Source: Vulcanimicrobiaceae bacterium
GTDB lineage: Bacteria > Vulcanimicrobiota > Vulcanimicrobiia > Vulcanimicrobiales > Vulcanimicrobiaceae
Assembly (NCBI GenBank): GCA_046262595.1
Contig: JBHEMM010000011.1
Span: 36,823-62,487 of the forward strand
Reading direction: 5' to 3'
Length of the DNA: 25,665 nt
The position numbers and the translations under genes are program-made. Shown here one piece after another: positions 24,380 to 25,665 of this stretch; positions within the stretch are counted from its first letter, which is position 1, and every line of letters starts with the position of its first letter. The notes under the pieces are model-generated. The model did not search any database. It saw only the letters and a list, made by a program, of their open reading frames with translations, and had not been told where the DNA came from.

Positions 24380-24954
24380 ACGTCAAGGGAAAACGCGGCT
24401 TCGATGCGCTGCTGGCCGACCGCCGCGGGATCTACGATGCGCCGCATTACCGCGCGCAGTGCGAAGCCATAGCCGACGCGATGACAAAAGCATTGCGGCG
24501 CGGCAACAAGATTCTGTGGATGGGAAACGGAGGGAGCGCCGCAGAAGCGCAGCACATGGCGGCCGAGCTGAGCGGGCGTTTCTTGCGCGAGCGTCGCGGT
24601 TTGAACAGCGAAGCGCTCTCGGTGAACACCTCCACCTTGACCGCCGTGGGCAACGACTATGGTTACGAACACATCTTCCGGCGCCAAGTCGAGGCGTTCG
24701 CCCAGCCCGGCGACGTACTGGTCGGCCTGACCACGAGCGGAACCTCGAAAAACATCGTCCTCGCTTTTGAAGAAGCGCGCAAACGCGACACCGTAACGGT
24801 CGCGTTCACGGGAAACGGCGGCGGGCCGGTCGCGCAGCTCGCCGACTACGTGCTGATGGGACCTCACGGCTACTCGGCGATCGTTCAAGAGGTGCATCAA
24901 ACCATGGCGCACATCGTCTGCGACCTGGTGGAACAGCGCATTCTCGAGTTATGA
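24364..24954 (+). CDS. gmhA: D-sedoheptulose 7-phosphate isomerase
   Basis: GNGGSAAEAQHMAAEL, NDYGYEHIFRRQVEA, TTSGTSKN, QEVH. TTG start at 24364 after AGGA. Confidence 0.93.
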   Translation: MDRTVDVKGKRGFDALLADRRGIYDAPHYRAQCEAIADAMTKALRRGNKILWMGNGGSAAEAQHMAAELSGRFLRERRGLNSEALSVNTSTLTAVGNDYGYEHIFRRQVEAFAQPGDVLVGLTTSGTSKNIVLAFEEARKRDTVTVAFTGNGGGPVAQLADYVLMGPHGYSAIVQEVHQTMAHIVCDLVEQRILEL

Positions 24955-25665
24955 TGCTCGCACCGCCGGACGCGCGCACGCTGTTCGAGCGCATGCGCAA
25001 CCGCCGCATTCTGGTCGTGGGCGACGTCATGGTCGATGAATGGATCTGGGGTACGGTCACGCGCATCTCTCCCGAAGCGCCGGTTCCGGTCGTTGCGGTT
25101 TCCGATCATTCGTTTACGCTGGGCGGCGCCGGCAACGTGGCAAACAATTTGCGCGCGCTCGATGCGCACGTTGATTTGGCCGCGGCAGTAGGCAACGATG
25201 CGTTCGCGCAGCACGCGATCGATCTGCTTGCGCGCGAACAGATCGGCGCCGGGGGTTTGGTGCGCAGTGAGCGGCGGCCGACAACACGCAAGACGCGGGT
25301 AGTCGCACACAATCAGCAAGTCGTGCGCGCCGATTGGGAATCGGTCGAGCCGCTCGATACGCTCCAGAGGGCAAGCCTATGTGCGATCGTCCGCGGGTTC
25401 GCGGCAACCGCTGATGCAGTCGTGCTCAGCGATTACGCCAAAGGTTTGTTCGCACGTGAAGTCGTGGAAGCGGCAAGCGTTTGCGCGCTCGTGATCGCGG
25501 ACCCGAAGCCGCAGAACCTGGCGCTGTTCGCGGGCGTTACGTGCCTGGGGGTTGGCCTCCTGGATGCGGCGTACGAGCTCGCCGACGGTGCTGCGGGGAC
25601 TATCGAAGACGGCGTCCCGGACAATCGCACGCTCGGAACTGTTCGGATGGCCCAGAGCGGTGTGC
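24951..25665 (+). CDS. D-glycero-beta-D-manno-heptose-7-phosphate kinase (RfaE domain I/HldE-like), 3'-incomplete
   Basis: Absent from the ORF track because there is no stop. Translated by hand: ILVVGDVMVDEWIWGTVTRISPEAPVPVV, LGGAGNVANN, TTRKTRV...QQVVRAD, SDYAKG, DPK. Homology is lost after about 25544. Confidence 0.88.
   Translation, partial: MMLAPPDARTLFERMRNRRILVVGDVMVDEWIWGTVTRISPEAPVPVVAVSDHSFTLGGAGNVANNLRALDAHVDLAAAVGNDAFAQHAIDLLAREQIGAGGLVRSERRPTTRKTRVVAHNQQVVRADWESVEPLDTLQRASLCAIVRGFAATADAVVLSDYAKGLFAREVVEAASVCALVIADPKPQNLALFAGVTCLGVGLLDAAYELADGAAGTIEDGVPDNRTLGTVRMAQSGV

Noticed and set aside
1..25665. tRNA, rRNA, CRISPR, IS or prophage elements
   Set aside because: Intergenic gaps are all under about 80 bp; no repeat-spacer pattern, transposase or integrase motif was seen.

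Overview
GC-rich, densely coding bacterial chromosomal segment. No rRNA, tRNA, CRISPR array or mobile element is recognisable. The gene order is Firmicutes/Terrabacteria-like (rpmA-obgE-nadD-...-maf-mreC-mreD-pbp2; fabF-rnc-smc-purH), and heptose genes (gmhA, hldE-like kinase) are also present. That combination would fit a diderm Terrabacteria lineage such as Eremiobacterota/Vulcanimicrobiota, but this is inference only. Most notable observations: (1) 1-5268 holds a tandemly duplicated two-gene module, a DUF11/Ig-like repeat protein with an uncharacterised helical C-terminal domain (no export signal in the complete copy) coupled to a small membrane-anchored HEAT-like protein. (2) 20334-21544 holds an apparently catalytically dead Fic-HTH protein behind a perfect 9-bp inverted repeat and ahead of a glyoxalase. 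(3) A fused DUF318/DUF1980 permease. (4) L27 has a Prp-type N-terminal extension but no rplU/prp neighbours and a near-leaderless promoter. (5) mreC probably starts at ATC. (6) Two ECF-sigma-like promoters. (7) A probable chimeric junction in the last ~120 bp. All family calls come from motif recognition by eye, not from searches.
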